From NCBI GenBank assembly GCA_051599415.1, contig AP039689.1:682001-746000 (forward strand): a DNA stretch of 64,000 nt, written 5' to 3'. The notes under the pieces were generated by a model that saw only the letters and a program-made list of their open reading frames with translations, did no database searches and had not been told where the DNA came from. The stretch is from Savitreella phatthalungensis (lineage: Eukaryota). Shown piece by piece: positions 24,713 to 35,090 of this stretch; within the stretch, counting starts at the first letter, position 1; the number at the start of each line of letters is the position of its first letter. The translations under genes were made by a program, and so were the position numbers.

Positions 24713-27427
24713 ATGACAGAAGTGAGAGCGCAAATGCCACCACTCGATCTCTTTCCTGACGCGAGATTCGAAGGATTCCCGCAGACTGCTAATCCATTCG
24801 AGCTCGATGATGCAGAGCAGGATCCCAGTTATTTCGCGTCATCCGCCATATCGACGTCAGCGACACATAGAGGGCCTTCTGTGCCAGACATATCTGTTAG
24901 GAAGCTTCAAGAGATTGGCTCCCTGTATGCAGGTACGGCAAACGCAAAGACGAGCGACGGCAAGATCATACGGATCGCGAAGCGCAGGCGTGTCGTAGGC
25001 AAGACGGCTTTCCAAGTCGAGCGGGATACGGAACACCTTAGCAGGAACCGATACTATGGCGTGCCGGTCCATGCCTTGCTCTCAGAATTAGAGGGCGAGC
25101 AGCGCGAAGCTGAGGCTCTCCGGCAGTCCGAGCAAGCATCGCTAAGGGCAGAGACTTTCGAATATGAGCCAATCGAGGAGCTCTGGGTGGACAAGTACAG
25201 ACCGAAAAAGTTCACAGACCTCTTAGGTGACGAGCGCACTAGTCGAGACGTCATGCGATGGATTCGGCAATGGGATTATTGTGTCTTTGGAAAGCGTAGC
25301 TCGGCTGCAGCGCGTAAGACTGGGAAGGAAAACGATGACACCCGCGCGAACGACAAGCCGAAAGACCTGTTTGAGCGACCGGAGCGCAAGATTCTCATGT
25401 TGACAGGACCCCCCGGCCTAGGCAAGACCACGCTCGCTCATGTTGCCGCGCGTCAAGCGGGGTATGATGTGATTGAAGTCAACGCAAGCGACGACCGGAC
25501 TGGTGCTGTTGTGCAACACAGGATTGGCAGCGCCCTCGAGTCACAGGCTGTATTCAATCCACGACCGACCATGGTCATCATCGACGAAGTCGACGGTGTT
25601 GGTGGAGGCGGTGGCGAAGCTGGCTTCATCAGAACTCTCCTCAGGTTCATTCAGGATGACGAGAAGGCAAGCCAGGACGCTATGCGCAGCCTATCAAATG
25701 CCGGAGCCTTCACGAAGAGTAAACGCAAGCGTCGCAGCGTCAAATCACTTCTCAGACCGATTATTTGCATTTGCAACGACCAGTATGTCTCTGCTCTTCG
25801 GCCGCTCAGGCAACACTGCCAGATCATCCAGGTGAGACCGTTGCATCCCACCCTCGTCGTCACTCGATTACGTGATATTTGCAAGCGAGAGAGCCTGCCA
25901 GCAGATGCGCGTGCCCTCAACACGCTCTGTGAGCTGGCTGACAGCGATTTGCGCTCATGCCTGAATTCTCTGCAGTACATAAAGGCGAAGCGAGGCGCTC
26001 ACTTGTCAATTGAGAGCGTCAATGCGTCGCTGAACCAGCGTGACATGTCGCGCAGCTCGCACAGCGTCATTGAGCAGGTCTTTTCACTTCCAAACGCAAA
26101 GGCAGAGCGCAAGAAGGGCCGGACGAACGTTGCAGACCAGAAGCGGCGATCAGACAAGATTGCGGAGCTTGCACTGACGAATGGCGAATACTCGAAGTTG
26201 CTAGCTGCCTGCCACGCTCATTATCCTCGTCAGCCATACCACGACTCTCTGCTCGTGAAACCCATCAAGGCTGCGGATTGGCTCTTCTTCGCAGACCAGT
26301 GTGACCGACATGTTTACGATCACCAACACGGCGAAATGCTGTCTTACATGCCCTATCCCGTTGCAGCTTTCAATAGCCTGTTTGCATCGGCCGACTGCCG
26401 CAAGGTCGAGCGGTCCAAAGTTGACTGGGAAGTCCGTGAAAGAACGCGTGTCAGTAGCGAGATCCTTGAAGGATGGCGTGGAGGCGTCCATCCAGACCTT
26501 CGCCAGCTTTATCCGAGCACCACTGGACTTGCTACCGAGCTCCTCCCGCTCGGTCTCAAATGCATTGCTCTCGACCTCAACCCAACAGGTTCGACTTTGA
26601 TCCGTGCTTCTGACAAGCACAAGCTGTCCCGCACGGTGGACGGAATGATCAAGCTGGGGCTTGGTTATGTACAGCACAGGGCGGACGACCACGGCAATTC
26701 TCGTGCAGAGCATATGGGCTCTGCCACAGCGAATGGTCGACCACCACAGCTCGTTCACAGCAGCAGTAGCTCTGGCAGCACCGGATACATTTACAAGCTT
26801 GAGCCGCCTATCACCGAGCTGCTCGACTACAACAAACCCACAGCAGATGATTCAGTTGCCAGACACCCATTCGGGCACCCATCTTTCACTGCTAACGTGG
26901 TGACACCTCCTGCGTCTTCCAGTCGGGGAGATCGACTGCTGCCGCAGCGTTACGTCGTCCGACAGATGGTGGTGTCCGGGTTGCAGAACGAGCTGATTCG
27001 TAGACGTCAAGAACACACTGGAGAAGGTGGCGTCGATAAACGGCCCGCGGACGACGTTTCCGCCAACCAGCAACCCCCGACAAAACGCATCGCCACAGAG
27101 AGCACGGCTAGGCCGAACGAATCCACCCCTGCGGCGGCAGCTACAGCTGTCATGGCTGTACCCGTGGCCGTCAAGAAGGATTTCTTCGGGCGAGTGATTG
27201 CCGTCAAGCCTCCAGTGCGTACGGCCAGCCCGGGAGGGATGTCGGAAGGTGGCACATCTCGTGCGCACACGCCGGATACACTACGTAAATCAGGAAGTGG
27301 CGTATCGACGAAACCAAAGGCCACAGTCTTCGTCCGGTTCTCCGACGGTTTCTCCGACGCCGTTCGCACGCAAGTCTCCATCCACAGACTCCTCCAAGGA
27401 TGCCCGCTTGAGGGTGATACTCTCTGA
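24713..27427 (+). CDS. CTF18: Alternative RFC clamp-loader subunit Ctf18
   Basis: LWVDKYRP, GPPGLGKTT, EVNASDDR, IIDEVDG, RPIICICND, KKDFFGR, DGFSDAVR. Confidence 0.97.
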   Translation: MTEVRAQMPPLDLFPDARFEGFPQTANPFELDDAEQDPSYFASSAISTSATHRGPSVPDISVRKLQEIGSLYAGTANAKTSDGKIIRIAKRRRVVGKTAFQVERDTEHLSRNRYYGVPVHALLSELEGEQREAEALRQSEQASLRAETFEYEPIEELWVDKYRPKKFTDLLGDERTSRDVMRWIRQWDYCVFGKRSSAAARKTGKENDDTRANDKPKDLFERPERKILMLTGPPGLGKTTLAHVAARQAGYDVIEVNASDDRTGAVVQHRIGSALESQAVFNPRPTMVIIDEVDGVGGGGGEAGFIRTLLRFIQDDEKASQDAMRSLSNAGAFTKSKRKRRSVKSLLRPIICICNDQYVSALRPLRQHCQIIQVRPLHPTLVVTRLRDICKRESLPADARALNTLCELADSDLRSCLNSLQYIKAKRGAHLSIESVNASLNQRDMSRSSHSVIEQVFSLPNAKAERKKGRTNVADQKRRSDKIAELALTNGEYSKLLAACHAHYPRQPYHDSLLVKPIKAADWLFFADQCDRHVYDHQHGEMLSYMPYPVAAFNSLFASADCRKVERSKVDWEVRERTRVSSEILEGWRGGVHPDLRQLYPSTTGLATELLPLGLKCIALDLNPTGSTLIRASDKHKLSRTVDGMIKLGLGYVQHRADDHGNSRAEHMGSATANGRPPQLVHSSSSSGSTGYIYKLEPPITELLDYNKPTADDSVARHPFGHPSFTANVVTPPASSSRGDRLLPQRYVVRQMVVSGLQNELIRRRQEHTGEGGVDKRPADDVSANQQPPTKRIATESTARPNESTPAAAATAVMAVPVAVKKDFFGRVIAVKPPVRTASPGGMSEGGTSRAHTPDTLRKSGSGVSTKPKATVFVRFSDGFSDAVRTQVSIHRLLQGCPLEGDTL

Positions 27428-27618
27428 ACTGAGCGGAACTGCATCTGGACTAGGATTATATCAAGGTGGAAGATAATGATGAAGAGCATGAAGTCGTGAT
27501 AAGCTATGGGACGTGAGTATGAGATGTGAAAAAAGAAAAGTTCAGGTGTGCCTCTTGGCTAGATGATGAGAAGTAGGATTCGTGAAGAGTCGGTCAGTGG
27601 GTTGTGGTTGGATGGCTG

Positions 27619-28734
27619 TTAGAGACGTGCGCTGTCTGAAGACCGGGAGCTACGCGGAAGTCTTGAAAAGTCAAGGGCAGATGCATATGCTTCTTCCTCC
27701 TCGTCTGACACTGTAAACTCACTCGCTCGACCGTCGTCGTCGTTCAAAGCGTCCTCGCCGGGAGCTATCTCGCTTGCGGTTGCGGAAACGAAACTGTCTT
27801 CTCGTTCCCGGGGACTTTGTTCAGGAGAACTGCGTCCAGCGATACTCCATGACCCGTCATCGTCAGAGAAACTCGGAGCTCGTTGTGGTCCGCCAACCTG
27901 TGTCTCCGGCGGATCGGCAAAGGGATTCGCCTCGCGAGCAGCAGAGTTCGACAGCTCGATCTCGACAAGCTCCGGAGAGGAAAGGGAGGGCAGGACAAGT
28001 TGTGATTGGCCTACTTCAAGGCCGGTGGGCGTGTTGAACTCGATGTCAACGAGATCGACTGAGGCACTCGCCGGAGTCTCAGCAGCGTCATGTTCGAAAT
28101 CCCGATTGACACGCTGTGTGTGCTGTGAGGAAGAGAGGCTCTCAGCGAGCGCCATCTCCGTCTCGAATGTCCAGAGGGCTTCTGCCCGGTCATTCTCCTC
28201 CTGGAACGAGCTGATCGACTCTGAGATCGCTCGTTCAAGCTGTAAGGTCTCATCTGCAAGAACAATCTCAGAGTCAATGGCGCCCATCTCCACGGCAGCA
28301 TTATAGTTGCGATCCTGCATGCTGTTGCGCGGCCGATTGGCAAAATCGACCAGCAAGTCATCATACTCTGGCCAGCCGTCAGGATTTGGTCGATCACGTT
28401 GACCGTGTGTCTGTCTTCGAGGATAGATCCCCTCTGAGAGTTCTGTGGCGGTCGTCTGAGCCATGCCTCGATCGAAGCCTGTGTTGAACGATGGCGCTCT
28501 CGGTGTGCGTCGGTGGGCGCCATCACCGCCTGGACCTCTGCCTGCGCCCTGAGGCAACTGCCGAGGTAGCGACGAGAGAGGCATGTGGAAACCATGCTGG
28601 AGGTACATTCTGGTGGCAAACTCATCGTAAGCAGCCTCGAGCTCGTCACGGTATAGTAGCCAGCATGTGGCTATAGCTGCAGCTGCGCCAAAGCCCGAAG
28701 CGAGCAAGAGGGACATGGTGACTGGATGCGGCAT
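27619..28734 (-). CDS. Hypothetical N-terminally anchored acidic protein with UIM-like motifs
   Basis: 371-aa ORF, hydrophobic N-terminal segment, QLERAISES and TEMALAESL, NPF, C-terminal ARL. Confidence 0.7.
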   Translation of the reverse strand: MPHPVTMSLLLASGFGAAAAIATCWLLYRDELEAAYDEFATRMYLQHGFHMPLSSLPRQLPQGAGRGPGGDGAHRRTPRAPSFNTGFDRGMAQTTATELSEGIYPRRQTHGQRDRPNPDGWPEYDDLLVDFANRPRNSMQDRNYNAAVEMGAIDSEIVLADETLQLERAISESISSFQEENDRAEALWTFETEMALAESLSSSQHTQRVNRDFEHDAAETPASASVDLVDIEFNTPTGLEVGQSQLVLPSLSSPELVEIELSNSAAREANPFADPPETQVGGPQRAPSFSDDDGSWSIAGRSSPEQSPREREDSFVSATASEIAPGEDALNDDDGRASEFTVSDEEEEAYASALDFSRLPRSSRSSDSARL

Positions 28735-29170
28735 TGCTACGAGTAGCGGAGCGAGTCACCGCGCCACCAGAGTACTGCTTGGTGTATCCTTGACAGACCG
28801 CGCGTCTTTGTCCTTGAACCTGATCCTTCCTGTCCACGTACGTCCTATAGGGATACGAGGTGTCTATATTAGTTGCACGAATCAAAGAAGGGGATTTCTG
28901 CCAAGCCTGGTAGCTATAGACAGACCTGTTACCCTAGCTTAATAAATATCAATACCGATTGTCCAGGTGCAGCTATTTATAGCTATATAGATACATGAAT
29001 TGAGTATAGCTATAGTAGATGACAAAATTGAAACAAGAGACCATCAGCGCTGATGAATGTTGGACGGATCGAATTGAATCGATCAATCATAGTCAAAATT
29101 GTTTGTGGAGGATCATGCACTCGATCTGTTCAAATCACATTTAATGATAAATATTCAAACCTTTAGGATA

Positions 29171-29210
29171 GGATCAGATCAGATCAGATCATCTCAGATC
29201 AAATCAGATC
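29171..29210. repeat. Imperfect (GATCA)n microsatellite
   Basis: ggatcagatcagatcagatcatctcagatcaaatcagatc. Confidence 0.75.
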
Positions 29211-29635
29211 AAATCCAATTTAAATTATTCAAGTAATTTATCTTTTAAATTCAATTTTTATCTGACTGATCCAGAATTGAGTGTTGAGGATTGACTGACT
29301 GACTGACTCGCCTTGAGTTCATGCAGGATCTGATCAATCACGATCGTTGAATGCACACGTACGCCAATGCAATATCCATACACAACCTTCAACCACATAC
29401 TCACTTAGATCATATAATCTTCGAGTCAATCAATGCACACCATATCTCCTCATCTCTTTATAGCTTACTCTCCAGCTCATCCGTCGATGTCCACAAACGC
29501 TTGCTCAACAGGTGCTCCCTAGTTCTAGCGGTTCTAGGTCAGAGACTTATCGGCACTGAGCATCATACATGAATACTTCTTGCTAATCACTTGCTGCTGA
29601 TAGATCGATCGATTCCCCCAGCATCTCCAGCCGAG

Positions 29636-30862
29636 ATGAGACCACTGTATGATGCCCACTGTCATCCCACAGACACAATGTCCTCAATCGATAGACTCGA
29701 TGACCTTCGATGTGCTGGACTATGTGCCATGGCAACGCGTGAACATGATCAGGATCACGTTGCTTCAATTGCTCTTCGATGGCCAAGGAAAGTCATCCCC
29801 TGCTTCGGCTTTCATCCATGGTTTGTCCACTTTGTCACAACGGAGACCTCCAACGGTGATGCCACGAGTGAAGTCACGAGTACTTCCAAGTACGAACATA
29901 TAAAGCAAGTCGTCAGACCTTCTCCCCCAGATGACTTTATCGATACAGTCCATGACCTCGTCCCTGCTAAAGCATATGTTCAGAGCATCGAAGATCACTT
30001 TGTCAAGTTCCCAAACGCAATGCTTGGCGAAGTCGGTCTCGACAAGGCCTTTCGTATCCCTGACCCTCGGACAAAATCGTCCGATGACAGCTCGGGCAGC
30101 AGAGGCAGGCTCACAAAGCATCAGACCGATATGTCACACCAAGTAGCGGTCCTCGAAGCCCAGCTCGCCACAGCCACAAAATTTCAGCGTGCCGTATCAC
30201 TCCATGGCGTCCAAGCTCACGGAGCACTCCATCATGTCATCGACAAGCTGTGGCGTCAATCCGTCCAGGCGGGAGGTAGCAAGCGCGAGCGCAAGCGAGC
30301 AGCTTGGCGTGACCGTGCTGCATCCGCCACTTCGACGGGCCTTCCTGGTCAAAGGGATAATCGAGTAGGTGATGATGGTGATGATGATGAAGGCGAGGAC
30401 AATGTCAATGTCGACGATTCGCACCATCGGTCTACCAAGCTCGAATTCTTCCGCGACAACAGCGACCAATCCACCCTTAGCCACCCTTCCTACCCACCTC
30501 GTGTGTGCCTTCACTCTTTCTCTGGCGCGGTAGATATGATCGCCACCTGGCTAAGACCTGGCCTGCCAATCGACGTATTCTTCTCCTTCTCCCGCGCCGT
30601 CAACGGAAGATACGATCGATGGCACACCGTCATGGCAGCCGTACCAGATGATCGCATCTTGATCGAGAGTGACCTTCATGATGCCTCCCTCATCGACGAA
30701 GCACTTGAAGGCGTTCTCGCCGACGTCTGTAGAGCGAAAGAGTGGGACGAACGGCATGCTCGGATAGCCCTGGAGCGAAACTGGCACCGATTCGTCTACG
30801 GCAGCAATTGGCACGACAAAATGCCTCCGGACGCATTCAATGATCACGACATAAGCATCTAG
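29636..30862 (+). CDS. scn1: TatD-family metallohydrolase, Scn1-like
   Basis: DAHCHP, FGFHPWF, GEVGLD, SLHGVQAHG, CLHSFSG, IESD. Confidence 0.88.
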   Translation: MRPLYDAHCHPTDTMSSIDRLDDLRCAGLCAMATREHDQDHVASIALRWPRKVIPCFGFHPWFVHFVTTETSNGDATSEVTSTSKYEHIKQVVRPSPPDDFIDTVHDLVPAKAYVQSIEDHFVKFPNAMLGEVGLDKAFRIPDPRTKSSDDSSGSRGRLTKHQTDMSHQVAVLEAQLATATKFQRAVSLHGVQAHGALHHVIDKLWRQSVQAGGSKRERKRAAWRDRAASATSTGLPGQRDNRVGDDGDDDEGEDNVNVDDSHHRSTKLEFFRDNSDQSTLSHPSYPPRVCLHSFSGAVDMIATWLRPGLPIDVFFSFSRAVNGRYDRWHTVMAAVPDDRILIESDLHDASLIDEALEGVLADVCRAKEWDERHARIALERNWHRFVYGSNWHDKMPPDAFNDHDISI

Positions 30863-30949
30863 GCCGAAGTAAACAGGGAACGAATAGCACAGTAGCATAC
30901 AGGTTCCATTTGGAGGCTAGGGACGCATACCGAATGAATACACGAAGCC

Positions 30950-32575
30950 TCACTCGGCCAACGACGATGTACTCGAGGAACTCGACCCACCAAGCGAGAG
31001 TCGAGCACGTCCCTGAGATGAGAGACGTGCGCTTGACCGTGTCCCGCTTTTGCTCGCGCCGACCATAGCATCAGAAATCGACGCTGCTGAGGATGCATTC
31101 GAAATCCGTCGACTGCGTCTCCGTTCACCCGTGCCAGCACCGCCTTGATCATGTACAATTGAGGTCGATCCCGATGTCTCGCTGTCAGTCAGGCCAGAAT
31201 GAGATCTGGTATGTGTGGACGACTTGTCACGTCGATGTTGGTGACGAACGCCTCTGGATTTTGCATCTTCGTGGCGTGACGATGAGTTTGGCATTGAGGG
31301 CTGGCCCAATGCCAATGCTGCAGCCTCGCGCTCAGCCACCGCCGCCCAGTAACTCTGTCGATATCGCTCCCAGCCCTCGCGAAAGGCCATAGTCCCCGCT
31401 TTTGCCGTCATCACGATCCTCACGCCCTCGCCGATATCGGCATGATCGTAGCTGATGGGATCCTCCTGATCCTGGATATCATCCAGTGTGGAGTTCGGGA
31501 GCAATGACCCGCGACCACTGCGGAATTCCTGCATATGGAATAGTCGCTTGCGGCGCCTTGCTGAAGCTCCAGAACCACTACCACTTGTGGATTCCTCATT
31601 CACGCGCTTACGACTTCGCAGCCGTAAGGCGATGGCTGCACGTCGCATTGAGCTGAAGAATCTTGAAAAGTGGAGTTTCCGCCGCAACCAGGTCTTCCAA
31701 CCCAGCCTGTCTTTGACGAGACGGAGGTGGAAGTGCCGCAGGGCGCGATTTGTATGGGGAAGGAACTTTCTCGGGGACACAAGCGTGCTCGTGTACAGGC
31801 CCGATGTGTAGAAGAGTGCAAGCGTCACAAGACCTGCAAGTGCGCACAGCCGTTGAAGTTGTAGCACGTATGCATATGATGAAGGTCGAACAAAGGCCGT
31901 CAACACAAAGTACCCGCACCACATCAGCAGACCTGCAAAGAACATCGCGTACCGTCTGCGAATCCGTCGGAGGCGGAAGTACTCGCGTCGCAAGGATTCC
32001 TCAAACTTGACAAGGTCCGCGTACCGCGCTGCCATCGCCGCCAGGGTCGCTTCATCTGTATCGTCGTCGGATGAGAGCTTCTCTGCAGATGACGCCACCG
32101 CAAGATCATCCAATCTCCTATCCGTCGCGATACCCCCTGCAGACTCACGCAACCTTGCCGATGCCGATCGTGAGCGGGCTGGCTGTGACGTTCTGCGATT
32201 GCCGAATTCGACACGTAAGGGAGAGCGAGGTGTTTCTCTGGGCATGTCATGGCCAATCTGCAGTGGCGGGGTCGCTGTCCCAGATAAAGTAAGCTTGTCG
32301 CCGTCGACTAGGGTAGAGGAGTGTTCCTCGTCTGCAAGTGCCGCTTCCATCTCGGTCTCCACCTCAAGAGCGTCTCCGCGAGCATTCGTGGGGCTCCGGG
32401 GGACAACGGATTTCCGTCCAGCCTTCTTCGATGACTGCCCTGAAGATGAAGTCGTCTTGGAATCAGCCACTTGCTCATGAGAGCTGCTTGTGGCGAAGGA
32501 GTCGTCCTGAGGGCCGTCGTCTGGAGCTACTGAGGGCGCGTCTGTAGTGGCGTGCGCCGACGTCTGACTGCTCAT
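30950..32575 (-). CDS. SPO7: Spo7, regulatory subunit of the Nem1-Spo7 phosphatase
   Basis: FEESLRREY..LR..RRRY..F, two TM segments, PRKFLPHTNRALRHF, FREGWERYR; first ATG at 32575. Confidence 0.9.
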   Translation of the reverse strand: MSSQTSAHATTDAPSVAPDDGPQDDSFATSSSHEQVADSKTTSSSGQSSKKAGRKSVVPRSPTNARGDALEVETEMEAALADEEHSSTLVDGDKLTLSGTATPPLQIGHDMPRETPRSPLRVEFGNRRTSQPARSRSASARLRESAGGIATDRRLDDLAVASSAEKLSSDDDTDEATLAAMAARYADLVKFEESLRREYFRLRRIRRRYAMFFAGLLMWCGYFVLTAFVRPSSYAYVLQLQRLCALAGLVTLALFYTSGLYTSTLVSPRKFLPHTNRALRHFHLRLVKDRLGWKTWLRRKLHFSRFFSSMRRAAIALRLRSRKRVNEESTSGSGSGASARRRKRLFHMQEFRSGRGSLLPNSTLDDIQDQEDPISYDHADIGEGVRIVMTAKAGTMAFREGWERYRQSYWAAVAEREAAALALGQPSMPNSSSRHEDAKSRGVRHQHRRDKSSTHTRSHSGLTDSETSGSTSIVHDQGGAGTGERRRSRRISNASSAASISDAMVGASKSGTRSSARLSSQGRARLSLGGSSSSSTSSLAE

Positions 32576-33159
32576 AAGGCGGGCTATAAGTGATACATGC
32601 GAGCGTCGACCTAGTCTACTGGCATCGAAAGTTGAGATTCGAGGTCTCACGAGCCTGACAAGTCGAGTCCGACCTGAAGAATGATGATCCTTGTAGCTCC
32701 TCCTTCGGGAAAGGATACTCAAGTGGAGACAACCGACTCAAGCATCCATTCGCGCGTACGATCACATTTGATAGAGGCAAGTGAATCGAATGAATGCATG
32801 CATGCAACCTGTGATTCAAGATTGGAAATTCATTCATCCAAACGGGCAGGCAGGCAGGCCACATGCAACGATATATCCTCCAAACAGTCATCACTATCTG
32901 CGTCACGATCGACAGGCGCCGTTGAGCTTCATCACACCAACAGTAGCTGTCACGAGACACACTCAGAGCCGTTCTAGGATCTCTTAAAGCCAGGTTACCT
33001 GTCCTGAGTCAGGCAAGTCGATCACTAGAAAGACTGTGCTCTCTGTTCATACTGTAATTACCTTATCTCCCGGTTCAGGTCAGCCTCTCCGCACGCGCGC
33101 GCGCTCTCCCTCTCTCGCTCTCTCTTTCTATCTTTGTATATACTCTTGGCCAGGCGATC

Positions 33160-34833
33160 ATGTCGATCAAGGTTAAGCTCAATGATAATCCTGCAGGGAC
33201 AGACTACTACACCAATCTCGACATGATTGAAGGCACCGTAGAGCTAGACCTGCGAGGACCGGAATCCTTCACTAGCGTCACGGTCAAAGTCGAGGGAGTT
33301 ACAAAGTCCACCTGCTATACAGATCCACACCATGGCAAATCTCGATCACGAACACCAGTCGTAGAGCAGCACAAGGTTCTTTTCCTTGCTGATATCGTCT
33401 TTCCCACACCCCAGCTCCGCCAACATACCTCTGCATCTGAATTCACCTTGCCGGCTGGAAGACACTCCTGGCCATTCCGCTTCCAGATCCCGATCAACAA
33501 CGACTGTAATCAAGCACCTAACGCTCTAGCCGTCACAGCTGGCAGGAGCAAGCTGGCATCAATGCTCAACGAGGGCAGGATGGCAGTGAACGAGCGTATC
33601 GGCCAACCGCTCGAGCGTACTTCTCACGTGCAGCAGATCCTGCCTCCAAGTATGCAGGGCAATGATGACGTCTGGATCCGCTACTTTGTCAAGGCCACAG
33701 CCAAGCGAAGCTCACGTCTGGCTTTCAACCATCGTGGCTTTCAGCCATTTATCTTCCTCCCGATAGAGAAGCCGCTCGCTGAACCTGGAACTGGGAATGC
33801 TTTCTTCGTCCGAAGGCAGCACACGCTTGCACATTTGCCTGATTCGCGCCAGAAATCAGGTGGCCTATTCCGCTCGTTGAAGGAGAAGCGACTTGAAGCA
33901 GGTGACACCATCGCTCTCGAGATTCGAATGCCCAATCCACCGGCCGTCGTCCCTGGTGTACCTGTTCCCATGGAGCTTTATGCCTTCAGGGAAACCAACA
34001 AGCATCCTAATTCACATCTCAAGGTGATTTCGCTCGACTGCTACTTGCTTGTGACGACGAAGCTCAGAGCTGGCACGCTCAAGCGCAACATCGGCGGCAA
34101 GCTGCCCTGTTACCGCACCTCGATTGATCGCCTTGTTGGTCCGTTGCAAGCAAATAGGCCGGACATGCCCTGTCTCGGCATCCGGTTCATTGAGACACCA
34201 AATCCATTCGTCGTTGCGTCAGAGATAGCTCCGACATTTGCCACCTGCAACATCGCGCGCGTCTACGAACTACAGATCAACGTACTGATCGAGAACGATG
34301 GAAAGCAGGAGATGGTCCCGCTTGTGATGCCTCTCGAGGTTAGGTCTGGCGTCGAAGCTCCGCCGCCGCTCGAAGTAGTCCCGCAATCTCCCGGTGCAAT
34401 GAATGCTTTCCCAAAGGCAGGGGACCCACAAGCGCCTCCCTTGCCGTCGCGTGACGAGAAGAGGTCGTCCGGACCCGGCGATCTTCCTGGATCCAATCCG
34501 ATCGGCGCAGCTGTCGTCGACGATCTGCCAACATATAACCAGGCAACTCGAATTGGTGGCACGTCGACCACAAACGCGGTTGGTATGGGTGGCGTAGCCG
34601 GAATTGGCGGCTCTTCCGGCGAAGGTAGCAGCGGTTTGGCTGGGCCATCGTCATCAGCAGCAGGTACATCATCGTCGCAGCCACTCTCCCAATCGGCCCT
34701 CATACAGCAACAGCAGCAGCGTCCGCTCACTGCCAACTTGACCCTGAGACGGGCAAACCGCAATGGACGCACATCCTATCGCGTCGGGGATAACTACATG
34801 ACGGAAACTGATCGGTGGCACGACGAAGTCTAG
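33160..34833 (+). CDS. Alpha-arrestin (ART10-like)
   Basis: YTNLDMIEG, EQHKVL, GRHSWPFRF, LPPS, IRYFVKAT, PTFATCNI, LPTY PY-type motif. Confidence 0.85.
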   Translation: MSIKVKLNDNPAGTDYYTNLDMIEGTVELDLRGPESFTSVTVKVEGVTKSTCYTDPHHGKSRSRTPVVEQHKVLFLADIVFPTPQLRQHTSASEFTLPAGRHSWPFRFQIPINNDCNQAPNALAVTAGRSKLASMLNEGRMAVNERIGQPLERTSHVQQILPPSMQGNDDVWIRYFVKATAKRSSRLAFNHRGFQPFIFLPIEKPLAEPGTGNAFFVRRQHTLAHLPDSRQKSGGLFRSLKEKRLEAGDTIALEIRMPNPPAVVPGVPVPMELYAFRETNKHPNSHLKVISLDCYLLVTTKLRAGTLKRNIGGKLPCYRTSIDRLVGPLQANRPDMPCLGIRFIETPNPFVVASEIAPTFATCNIARVYELQINVLIENDGKQEMVPLVMPLEVRSGVEAPPPLEVVPQSPGAMNAFPKAGDPQAPPLPSRDEKRSSGPGDLPGSNPIGAAVVDDLPTYNQATRIGGTSTTNAVGMGGVAGIGGSSGEGSSGLAGPSSSAAGTSSSQPLSQSALIQQQQQRPLTANLTLRRANRNGRTSYRVGDNYMTETDRWHDEV

Positions 34834-35090
34834 GTCGTCTGACCACAGTCAAGCACAACAAGGAGAAATGTACAGGCCTGTAAGCATCATCAATAGTAAT
34901 CAACATTGCAAACACAGCTGGAGCAAGGATATCGGCAAAGCTCATGTCCATCATGATCCAGACTCAAGATGTCAATCACAGTATAGATAGAAAGAAGTGC
35001 AGATGAATTGAGAATCGCCGGCGCTAGCTAATATAGAAATAAAACAGAGGATTGAAGTGAAGAAAGGTGACGCTGACAAGTCAGCGCCGT

